From: Candidatus Saccharimonadales bacterium
Lineage (GTDB): Bacteria > Patescibacteriota > Saccharimonadia > Saccharimonadales > Saccharimonadaceae
Assembly: GCA_038213035.1 (NCBI GenBank)
Contig: JBBQTT010000001.1
Location: 1-40,123, forward strand
Length of the DNA: 40,123 nt
Reading direction: 5' to 3'
In this document: piece after piece, positions 17,523 through 24,938 of the stretch
How the letters are laid out: every line of letters starts with the position of its first letter
How positions within the stretch are numbered: position 1 is the stretch's first letter
Position numbers and translations under genes: made by a program
Notes under the pieces: generated by a model
The model's input: only the letters and a program-made list of their open reading frames with translations
Told to the model about the DNA's origin: nothing
Database searches by the model: none

Positions 17523-18332
17523 TTATTTTAAAGTGATTTGATCCGCCACTTGACTAGCGAATCTAGGGTTTATCAAATGATCGACAGCATTTAGTTTAGT
17601 AATTCTTACGTGTTCAAATATTTTTAATCTGTCGATACTTTCTTGAACCAAAAATTCATCAAAAGTACCGTGAATAATATGAACTGGTATTTTGATATTT
17701 TTGATATCACTATACGTATTTTGGTCGATGACGGTGTTAAGTAGCGACAACCTAAAACTATTCCAATTCTCATCAGTTATATCAAGGCCATCATTAACAC
17801 GTAACAGTTTGCGTAAACGCTGTGAATTATCAATCGTAAATTGCTTGTTTTGCAACAGATATTTATAAGCATTTAGATATATATCAGTGTGAGCGCGCGA
17901 AATATTGGTATGCTGTTCGTTATCTTTAGAGTAAAGCGGCAAACTCAACAGATACGCTTCTTTGACTTCATTGGGATAACGGTTGCAATAATATGATGAA
18001 ATTATAGCGCCCATTGAATGACCCACAATTTTAAATGGCTTACGAACTTTCAATTTTTTCAAAGTATTATGGATATACATCGCATGGTCAGCCACGGTAT
18101 ATTTTAAATCGACTGGTTTTGGTGATTGCCCAAAACCCAGTAAATCCAGTGCAATAACTCGATATTTTTCTGTGTCCAATACTTTCAATAAAGGATCCCA
18201 AGTTTTTGAAGTAGCGGCGATGCCGTGCAATAAAACAATCGTTGGTTTTCGTCGACCACCCGAATCGAACGCAACATTCAGATAGCGAGGGGTCCTTAGA
18301 CTATCAATTAAATCCTGGAAAAACCTAAGCAT
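17523..18332 (-). CDS. Alpha/beta-fold hydrolase
   Basis: Oxyanion-region context LLHG, nucleophile elbow GHSMGA, and a C-terminal His in AVDHL. Confidence 0.8.
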   Translation of the reverse strand: MLRFFQDLIDSLRTPRYLNVAFDSGGRRKPTIVLLHGIAATSKTWDPLLKVLDTEKYRVIALDLLGFGQSPKPVDLKYTVADHAMYIHNTLKKLKVRKPFKIVGHSMGAIISSYYCNRYPNEVKEAYLLSLPLYSKDNEQHTNISRAHTDIYLNAYKYLLQNKQFTIDNSQRLRKLLRVNDGLDITDENWNSFRLSLLNTVIDQNTYSDIKNIKIPVHIIHGTFDEFLVQESIDRLKIFEHVRITKLNAVDHLINPRFASQVADQITLK

Positions 18333-18476
18333 ATGCAGTTAGTATATCAAACCCTTAATTCTTCGTAATATCTGATTAAGTTAGTTCTTTTTTGGGATAC
18401 CGATTTTATCAAGGTAATTATCAATCAATAACCTTGTATCAACAGGGGTAATAGTGTACAATCAGTTTTTGTAAAC

Positions 18477-18553
18477 GGGCCAGTAGCTCAGCTGGTTAGA
18501 GCACCTGCCTCTTAAGTAGGTTGTCGAGGGTTCAAGTCCCTCCTGGCCCTCCA
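18477..18553 (+). tRNA. tRNA-Lys (anticodon CTT), CCA encoded
   Basis: Acceptor GGGCCAG/CTGGCCC, anticodon arm CCTGC-CTCTTAA-GTAGG, T arm GAGGG-TTCAAGT-CCCTC, then TCCA. Confidence 0.93.
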
Positions 18554-18806
18554 AATAAAATAATCATCCATAAGGATGGTTATTTTATTTGGATGCTACG
18601 CAGGGGGGACTTAAAGCTTCGACAACCCTTGGGTTGTCTGAGGGTGAGAACCGCCACGTCGGCGGTTCGCAAGGCCGGAAGCCGGATGACGAACGTCACC
18701 GACTGAGGCGGGGTCGCGGAAATTTGCAAAGCAAATTATCTGTGGCTAATTCCCCGCTGGCCCTCCAAATTAAATATCCATCCTTCAGGATGGTTATTTA
18801 TTTTGG
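18551..18806 (+). repeat. tRNA-Lys-linked module, copy C: hairpin T1, inverted T-arm copy, direct variable-loop/T-stem copy, structured core, second tRNA 3'-end copy, hairpin T2
   Basis: T1 lies at 18551-18592. The inverted copy AGGGGGGACTTAAAGCTTCGACAACCC (18602-18628) approximates the reverse complement of tRNA variable loop plus T arm. The direct copy GGTTGTCTGAGGGT lies at 18632-18645 and the core at 18642-18745. TTCCCCGCTGGCCCTCCA (18750-18767) matches the tRNA 3' end GTCCCTCCTGGCCCTCCA. T2 (18765-18806) is homologous to T1. Confidence 0.85.
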
Positions 18807-18911
18807 AAGTGCTAGGCGATTGAAGTTTCGACTTGTCGAGTTTGCATTTTTTACAACACTCACTCTGTCACATATACCCTTTGCAAGGTTTATCCTTGCA
18901 AAAAAGCATAG

Positions 18912-19146
18912 GCAAAATAATAAACCCATCGATGATGAGTTTATTATTTTGGTACACCCGGACGGATATCGCCAGCAAACTGTCTCCTCCGCTCATTCGC
19001 GAAAAAATGTAAACACTTTTTCGCTCCAATCACTACGCCGAACCTGCCGACCTTAGATTTTGTAGGCAAAATCCAAGTCGGCGGTTCAGATTCGTATCGG
19101 CATGACCAAAGAAAACAGACTAGATATACTAGTCTGTTTTCTTTGG
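18912..19146 (-). repeat. tRNA-Arg(TCG)-linked module with a different insert
   Basis: All parts are read in tRNA sense. T1 lies at 19106-19146. The long foldback GAACCGCCGAC...GTCGGCAGGTTC (19040-19087) has a right arm that copies tRNA variable loop, T stem and TTCG. An insert of about 70 nt follows. An exact 18-nt copy of the tRNA 3' end ATCCGTCCGGGTGTACCA lies at 18950-17967 in error-free form as 18950-18967, matching 19144-19161. T2 lies at about 18912-18952. Confidence 0.85.
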
Positions 19147-19220
19147 TACACCCGGACGGATTCGAACCGCCGACCCTCTGTTCCGAAGACAGATGCTCTA
19201 ATCCACTGAGCTACGGGTGC
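19144..19220 (-). tRNA. tRNA-Arg (anticodon TCG), CCA encoded
   Basis: Acceptor GCACCCG/CGGGTGT, anticodon arm TCTGT-CTTCGGA-ACAGA, T arm GGCGG-TTCGAAT-CCGTC, then ACCA. Confidence 0.93.
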
Positions 19221-19545
19221 TTATTGCACGATTGTGCGTTCTTGTGCGATGACAATTAGAGCAAATGATTTCACATTTTTGTATCTCTTTTTTCAACGCA
19301 CCAATTCGGCCAGTTGCAGATAGAAAATTAATGCTAAATTCCTTGTCCTCTAAGTGATCAAAGTCCATTACATAGTACGGGTATTTCACTCCACAGTCAA
19401 GACAAGGAGAGCCTTCTTTCATTTTTTTCGTAAAATCTCGAATATATTTTCTATATTTTTTATTCCTATCTAAATAATCCTGCTTATTAGCGTGATAATG
19501 ACGCTTACTTGCAGCATGCTGGTCTTCTATATTTTTATAAGCCAT
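19198..19545 (-). CDS. HNH endonuclease-like small protein
   Basis: 115 aa with CLDCG ... DFDHL ... N ... CSNCH (zinc-ribbon HNH layout). The last 23 nt of the ORF run into the 5' end of tRNA-Arg(TCG). Confidence 0.7.
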   Translation of the reverse strand: MAYKNIEDQHAASKRHYHANKQDYLDRNKKYRKYIRDFTKKMKEGSPCLDCGVKYPYYVMDFDHLEDKEFSINFLSATGRIGALKKEIQKCEIICSNCHRTRTHNRAISTRSSVD

Positions 19546-19717
19546 ATTTAAGATTATAACATATAGACAACGTTCGAATCTTTATACTGTCCGTATATTT
19601 TCCAAGGTCGAATCTTGGAAAATTACAACATTAAGTCAGTGGTTAAAAAGTAACTGGCTATATTCCAATTACCAACAGTTAAATCCCAATAGCCAAAATA
19701 AGCTATAATAAAACCAT

Positions 19718-20737
19718 ATGGATATCCACACAAACATCCCGCTTAAAAACTATACGACCATGAAACTTGGTGGGCCTGCCCGATTTATGACCGAGGTTCG
19801 CACACCACAAGAAGTTGCCGAAGTTTATAAAAACGCCAAAACTCAAAATATACCCGTATTTATTTTGGGCGGCGGCAGTAATGTCATTGCCCGCGATGAG
19901 GGCTTTGCCGGTATTATTGTTCGAATGCGAATTGCCGGATTTGCAATTATTGCTGATGATATGAACTCAACAACTATTAAAATCGGTGCTGGTGAAGAAT
20001 GGGATTCTGTCGTAAAACGTGCAGTTGATATGCGCCTAAGTGGCATCGAAGCTATGTCAGCAATCCCTGGAACGGCTGGGGCGACACCAATCCAAAACGT
20101 CGGTGCTTATGGTCAAGAAATCGCTGACACATTGCAGTCCGTCGAAGCATACGACAGCCGCGAAGACACGTTTGTAATTTTACAAAATGCCGATTGTAGG
20201 TTTGCTTACCGCCACAGTATTTTCCGCGACGAATCGGTCGGACGATATGTCATCACTTCGATTACTTTGAAATTATCAAAAAATCTGCCGACACCGCCAT
20301 TTTACGACGCATTGCAAACATACCTGGACGAACATAATATTCAAATCTTTACCCAAGAAATAATTCGAAACGCTGTTATAGCAATCCGCAGCAATAAACT
20401 CCCCGACCCTAGAATCGCACCCAATACTGGATCATTTTTCAAAAACGCCATTGTTGAAACTTGGCAATTGGAAAGTTTGAAGGCTATAAACCCTGATATT
20501 CCGCTGTTTGACATGGGCGACGGACATTACAAAGTTCCGGCCGGCTGGCTAATTGATAAAGCAGGACTTAAAGGTCAATTATTGTTTGGTTTTCGTGTTT
20601 ACGACAAAAATGCACTAGTTTTAGTTAACGAATCCGCCACTTCTTATGCCGACCTAGCAAATGCCCGTGACGCAATCATTGGCAAAGTTCGCGACATGTT
20701 CCGAATCCAAATTGAACAAGAACCTCTAGAGATATAA
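19718..20737 (+). CDS. murB: UDP-N-acetylenolpyruvoylglucosamine reductase
   Basis: FAD-binding N-terminus NYTTMKLGGPA, GGGSNV, and C-terminal GSFFKN and AGWLID. These are typical of MurB. Confidence 0.92.
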   Translation: MDIHTNIPLKNYTTMKLGGPARFMTEVRTPQEVAEVYKNAKTQNIPVFILGGGSNVIARDEGFAGIIVRMRIAGFAIIADDMNSTTIKIGAGEEWDSVVKRAVDMRLSGIEAMSAIPGTAGATPIQNVGAYGQEIADTLQSVEAYDSREDTFVILQNADCRFAYRHSIFRDESVGRYVITSITLKLSKNLPTPPFYDALQTYLDEHNIQIFTQEIIRNAVIAIRSNKLPDPRIAPNTGSFFKNAIVETWQLESLKAINPDIPLFDMGDGHYKVPAGWLIDKAGLKGQLLFGFRVYDKNALVLVNESATSYADLANARDAIIGKVRDMFRIQIEQEPLEI

Positions 20738-20779
20738 ACCCGCTTGCGATTAGACCCTAAAACGATTATGATTATAGTA

Positions 20780-21298
20780 ATGAAACGACGTGGGTTTACT
20801 ATCGTAGAGTTACTAATTGTTATCACTATCATGGGTGTCTTGTTAGTCTTAAGCGTTGCAAGTTTACGAAGCTCTCAAGCCAGCTCTCGTGACGTTGAGC
20901 GAAAAACCGATATAGAATCAATCGTTCTGGCATTAGATGATTATTATATAAATGGGTCAGACCTCAGCATAACTGTCGGTAAATACCCTTCAACATCACT
21001 AGTTAGCAATAACTTTACAATCAACGACCTAAAAAAGACCTTGCGTGATATTGATATAAAATCACTCACTGCCCCTAATGTCACCAACCCGACCACGACA
21101 TTCAAAGCCGCCGTCAATAATACACAAACGACAGCTGGTGTTTTACCGCAACCAACAGTTGATCAATATATTTATCAGCCGATAATGAACGATGGCACAT
21201 TATGCACCCTAGAATCTCAGGAATGTCGCAAATTTAACTTGTATTACAGATTAGAGGCAGATAACACCGTATATATGGTGACAGGAAAAAATCGATGA
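20780..21298 (+). CDS. Minor (pseudo)pilin with a prepilin-type N-terminal cleavage/methylation motif
   Basis: MKRRGFTIVELLIVITIMGVLL, where G|FT.E is the class III signal. I prefer the ATG at 20780 over the TTG at 20744. Confidence 0.85.
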   Translation: MKRRGFTIVELLIVITIMGVLLVLSVASLRSSQASSRDVERKTDIESIVLALDDYYINGSDLSITVGKYPSTSLVSNNFTINDLKKTLRDIDIKSLTAPNVTNPTTTFKAAVNNTQTTAGVLPQPTVDQYIYQPIMNDGTLCTLESQECRKFNLYYRLEADNTVYMVTGKNR

Positions 21299-21678
21299 AA
21301 AGCATATCTAAACAATCAGGCTTTACTGCTGTCGAATTATTGGTCACATTATTTATTGCCGCAGCATTTTTAATGTCTGGATATCAACTTTATAGTTTGA
21401 TTATGAAAGATGGTGGCGAAGTTCGTGCAACCGCCAAAGCCAGCAACGTAGTTTATGATTATATGCAACGATATAAACCATCAGCAACTAATCCTTGCAC
21501 CTCCCAAACACCTTTGACAGATTCAGCAATTACCGTTGATACATTGTCAAACACAACAATCACAGTCGCTATAACCTGCCCGTACAGCGCCACCCCGTCA
21601 TTATCTAAAATCACCGTCACAATGAAATATAACACCCCTCAACAAACAGTCAGCAATTCAACTTATGCCAAACCATAA
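21295..21678 (+). CDS. Minor (pseudo)pilin
   Basis: KQSGFTAVELLVTLFIAAAFL prepilin motif. There is a 4-nt overlap with the upstream pilin gene. Confidence 0.85.
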   Translation: MKSISKQSGFTAVELLVTLFIAAAFLMSGYQLYSLIMKDGGEVRATAKASNVVYDYMQRYKPSATNPCTSQTPLTDSAITVDTLSNTTITVAITCPYSATPSLSKITVTMKYNTPQQTVSNSTYAKP

Positions 21679-23461
21679 CAAATATCCCCGTAATTCCGGT
21701 TTCTCTTTGATAGAAATGTTGGTTGTAGCTCCAATTGTCATTCTGATGATTGGTATATTTGTTAGCGCAATTGTTGCGATGACTGGTGACGTATTGTCGA
21801 CGCGCAGCGCTAATTCCCTTTCGTACAATATACAGGATGCTCTGGACCGTATCGGTGCAGACATAAAATTAAGCGGCGGGCTGCTGGCAACAAATAATAT
21901 TATCTTGTCTTCGCCACAAGGTTTTAATAACGACACTACAAATTTTAAAAATGTTGACGCCACAAATGGCACGATGTTAATTTTAAACAGCTATACCACT
22001 ACTAGCAACCCATTAAATTCAACTCAAAACATACTTTATATGTCTAACCAGCCTAACCCCTGTGGAAGCGCGCAAATCAACCAAAACCCACCAGTCATGT
22101 TCAACACCGTCTATTTTGTAAAAAATAATACTTTATGGCGTCGAGTTATTGCGCCATCAAACTATGCAACTGTTGGCTGTTTAGGGGCATCTGTTGGTAT
22201 GCCCTGGCAACAACCCAGTTGTGCAACCGTAGTTGCAGGCACAATCTGTAAAACTCTAGACCAAAGATTGGTTGATAATGTCGCCACAAATGGTTTTATT
22301 GTTAGTTATTACACGAACAACAATTCTACCGTGCCAAATGCTACCGCCAGCGATAACACTAAATCTAATAGCGTCAGACAGTCAGCATTACAAACATCCA
22401 GTACGGTCAGTGTAACTATAAATGCCACCGCAACCGCAGCAGGGCGCACCGCCACCCAAACTGGCACGATTCGCGAAATTAGCCCGAATAATAATATCAA
22501 TTCAACTGCCGATACAATGTGGTCATCATTTAACATGCAAAATAGCTGGGTTGATCATGGGGGGGAATACTTTCAAAATGGTTATCGCAGGACCAAGGAT
22601 GGTGTTGTTGTATTACACGGTTTATTGCGAAGAAGTAGTGGGTCAATAGTGTCCGGCGAAATAATCGGGACCCTACCAGTCGGGTACAGACCATCCGAAC
22701 AATTAATATTCCAAACTAGTACAAACCCAAATGCAGCATCACGTGTTGACGTTTGTACAGATGGAACTGTACGCGTACTATCTGGTGATCCAGGATGGCT
22801 ATCACTCGACGGTATAAAATTCTTGTCATCCGATGCACCAGTCGTATTCACAAATTTAACGCCACAAAATAATTGGGTACCATACGGATCACCATTTTCA
22901 GCACCAGCTTATGCAATTGACGCAGACGGTAGAGTGCATGTAAAAGGGCTCGTAAAGAATGGCGTGGTCACAGACGGAACACCAATAGTTACCTTGCCTG
23001 TTGGCTATCAGCCATTAGAATACAATCATATAGCAGTCGACAATACCGGTGCGTCTGGTTTTATTGGAGTTGATACAAATAAAAATATTGTTGCAAAAGG
23101 TGGAGCTAACGGATATCTATCGTTACAATCAATATTTTATACTTCAAGCTACACCGATTGGCATGGTATGACATTACAAAACGGGTGGGTTTATTATGGC
23201 TCAAGCCTTACTACACCCGCATACACCAAAGCAACTGATGGACTTGTTAGTTTGAAAGGATTAATCAAAACCGGAACAGTAGGAACTACCATAACTACCC
23301 TTCCAGCCGGTTATAGACCAGCCCAAAGGATTTTATATCACAGTGTCAGTTCTGGTGTTTACTATAGATTAGATATCAACAGTAACGGCGATGTTATTTG
23401 CGTATCAGGCAACAACGGTTGGATGTCACTGGACGGAGTTGTATTCTACGCCGATAATTAA
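21665..23461 (+). CDS. Large minor pilin-like protein with three tandem C-terminal repeats of about 100 aa (candidate tip adhesin)
   Basis: RNSGFSLIEMLVV prepilin-like N-terminus. The repeats span aa 286-388, 395-492 and 499-596. They share W...QN.W..YG......Y....DG.V.L.GL...G......I..LP.GY.P ... G...LSL(D/Q). Confidence 0.85.
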   Translation: MPNHNKYPRNSGFSLIEMLVVAPIVILMIGIFVSAIVAMTGDVLSTRSANSLSYNIQDALDRIGADIKLSGGLLATNNIILSSPQGFNNDTTNFKNVDATNGTMLILNSYTTTSNPLNSTQNILYMSNQPNPCGSAQINQNPPVMFNTVYFVKNNTLWRRVIAPSNYATVGCLGASVGMPWQQPSCATVVAGTICKTLDQRLVDNVATNGFIVSYYTNNNSTVPNATASDNTKSNSVRQSALQTSSTVSVTINATATAAGRTATQTGTIREISPNNNINSTADTMWSSFNMQNSWVDHGGEYFQNGYRRTKDGVVVLHGLLRRSSGSIVSGEIIGTLPVGYRPSEQLIFQTSTNPNAASRVDVCTDGTVRVLSGDPGWLSLDGIKFLSSDAPVVFTNLTPQNNWVPYGSPFSAPAYAIDADGRVHVKGLVKNGVVTDGTPIVTLPVGYQPLEYNHIAVDNTGASGFIGVDTNKNIVAKGGANGYLSLQSIFYTSSYTDWHGMTLQNGWVYYGSSLTTPAYTKATDGLVSLKGLIKTGTVGTTITTLPAGYRPAQRILYHSVSSGVYYRLDINSNGDVICVSGNNGWMSLDGVVFYADN

Positions 23462-23466
23462 TCCAA

Positions 23467-23496
23467 TTGTGCTAAACACAAAAAATATAGTATATT
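23467..23496 (+). promoter_or_regulatory. Candidate promoter of pilin gene 1 (TTGTGC box plus TATATT)
   Basis: TTGTGC at 23467-23472, an 18-nt spacer, then TATATT at 23491-23496. The same TTGTGC(T) box precedes all four pilin paralogs. Confidence 0.45.
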
Positions 23497-23526
23497 ATAA
23501 CCATAACCAATATCTGGGGGGCTTTC

Positions 23527-24057
23527 ATGATTAACAGAAACATCGATATCAAAAAATCACACGGGTTCACAATCGTAGAACTGCTGGTTGTTATCGTTGT
23601 CATCGGTATCTTGGCCGCTATTACGATTATTTCTTATACTGGTATCTTGCAAAGGGCCAATACTACCAAGGCCCTCAGTAACGCTCAATCAGCCCAAAAC
23701 GTAGCTGAAATCTATTTTTCAGATAAAACCGCATACCCAGTTACAACTGGCGACTTCAGTCGTGAAGACATAAGCGCTCAGTTGCCTTCAGGGGTAATAA
23801 TTGCACTTGGCCAAGGCGGTACGCTTGCAGGCGGATGGACTGGTGTCGAACCACTCAACCTACTGCCGGATTCAGATAAAACGATGACGGTAACATGGGC
23901 ATGTTCAGGTGGTACAGCAAGTGACAGCAACTGCGTTGGTGCAACTGGTGGCAAGATTACATATTGGGACTTTACTGGCACACCAGCCGTATCCACAAAC
24001 ATTCTTTACGTTGGTATGGCTAAATCAACTTCGACTTTTTTCACACCTTCTTCGTAA
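23527..24057 (+). CDS. Type IV pilin (PilA-like) paralog 1
   Basis: KKSHGFTIVELLVVIVVIGILAAITIISYTG. A GGGGGG SD lies upstream, and there is a C-terminal Cys pair. Confidence 0.9.
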   Translation: MINRNIDIKKSHGFTIVELLVVIVVIGILAAITIISYTGILQRANTTKALSNAQSAQNVAEIYFSDKTAYPVTTGDFSREDISAQLPSGVIIALGQGGTLAGGWTGVEPLNLLPDSDKTMTVTWACSGGTASDSNCVGATGGKITYWDFTGTPAVSTNILYVGMAKSTSTFFTPSS

Positions 24058-24082
24058 AACAACAGATTATAAATATAATAAA

Positions 24083-24113
24083 AATAGGACCTGCGAAAGT
24101 AGGCCCTATTTTG
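24083..24113 (+). terminator. Terminator hairpin after pilin 1
   Basis: AATAGGACCT-GCGAAAGT-AGGCCCTATT followed by TTGT, with one mismatch in the stem. Confidence 0.55.
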
Positions 24114-24120
24114 TATCACA

Positions 24121-24155
24121 TTGTGCTTGTGTTTATAAAATTAGTAAATTATAAT
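24121..24155 (+). promoter_or_regulatory. Candidate promoter of pilin gene 2
   Basis: TTGTGC at 24121-24126 and TTGTGT at 24127-24132. A 17-nt spacer leads to TATAAT at 24150-24155. Confidence 0.5.
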
Positions 24156-24198
24156 GTTATCAGTTCAGCTATATAAAAAATTAGGGAGGCAACAGAAC

Positions 24199-24759
24199 AT
24201 GACAAATACAACAAACGTAATCAAAAAAGAACGCGGTTTCACAATCGTAGAACTTTTGGTTGTTATCGTTGTTATCGGTATTTTGGCGGCGATTACTATC
24301 GTTTCTTATACTGGTATCACAGCCAAGGCAAATGCAGCTGCCACAAAACAAATGGCATCTAACATTATCGCTAAAGCCGGTATCTATCAAACAGAAGGTT
24401 CAACACTTAACTGGCCACTAACAGGTGCGCTTGCTATGTCAGCAACCGATTCATCATCGGCTATTACTGGTATAACGGTACAAAATGGCGCAACTTTAGC
24501 TGCTGCAAGTATGACAAAGATTTCATACCAGGTCTGTGGTACTACATCACAGACTGGTGCTGTTTTCACAGCACCAGCTAACTTAGCAGCTATTACTAAC
24601 CCAACCGGCGTTATTGTTGGATACTGGGATTACAGTCTAGCAACACCAGCACAAGCTACATTGTCCGCTGGAAACGCAGCCGCAGGTACAGCTGGACCAT
24701 ACATTTCAGGTGGAACAACATACGCAAACCTTGTTGCATGTTACTACACAGCTAGCTAG
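24199..24759 (+). CDS. Type IV pilin paralog 2
   Basis: A GGGAGG SD lies 8 nt before the ATG at 24199. The sequence is MTNTTNVIKKERGFTIVELLVVIVVIGILAAITIVSYTG, with GYWDY and a Cys pair near the C-terminus. Confidence 0.9.
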   Translation: MTNTTNVIKKERGFTIVELLVVIVVIGILAAITIVSYTGITAKANAAATKQMASNIIAKAGIYQTEGSTLNWPLTGALAMSATDSSSAITGITVQNGATLAAASMTKISYQVCGTTSQTGAVFTAPANLAAITNPTGVIVGYWDYSLATPAQATLSAGNAAAGTAGPYISGGTTYANLVACYYTAS

Positions 24760-24781
24760 TTAATATAACTAAATAGCTTTT

Positions 24782-24807
24782 AAACCCCCAGAAAACTGGG
24801 GGTTTAA
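24782..24807 (+). terminator. Terminator hairpin after pilin 2
   Basis: AAACCCCCAG-AAAA-CTGGGGGTTT. Confidence 0.7.
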
Positions 24808-24859
24808 ACATGCCAATACAATAATGCTATTAACTCATAATAAAAACTCACGATATCGC

Positions 24860-24888
24860 TTGTGCTAATAACGATGACATAGTATTAT
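24860..24888 (+). promoter_or_regulatory. Candidate promoter of pilin gene 3
   Basis: CGCTTGTGCTAAT contains TTGTGC at 24860-24865. A 17-nt spacer leads to TATTAT at 24883-24888. Confidence 0.5.
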
Positions 24889-24938
24889 ATTACTATTATA
24901 ATTATAATTAAATTACATTTCATAGGGGGCTTTAAAAA

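Noticed and set aside
18642-18749. The core element as a known small ribozyme or as SRP RNA
   Set aside because: CTGAGG...GAAA and GGATGACGAA superficially recall hammerhead (CUGAnGA...GAAA) and SRP domain IV (CCGGAAGG...GAUGACG). However, the required conserved nucleotides and helix arrangement are not present, and a multi-copy location argues against SRP RNA.
18521-19056. ORFs 18521-18706(+) and 18589-19056(+)
   Set aside because: They start inside tRNA-Lys or its hairpin and read across repeat modules. They have no SD, and their composition is Arg/Gly-rich, driven by GC-rich stems.
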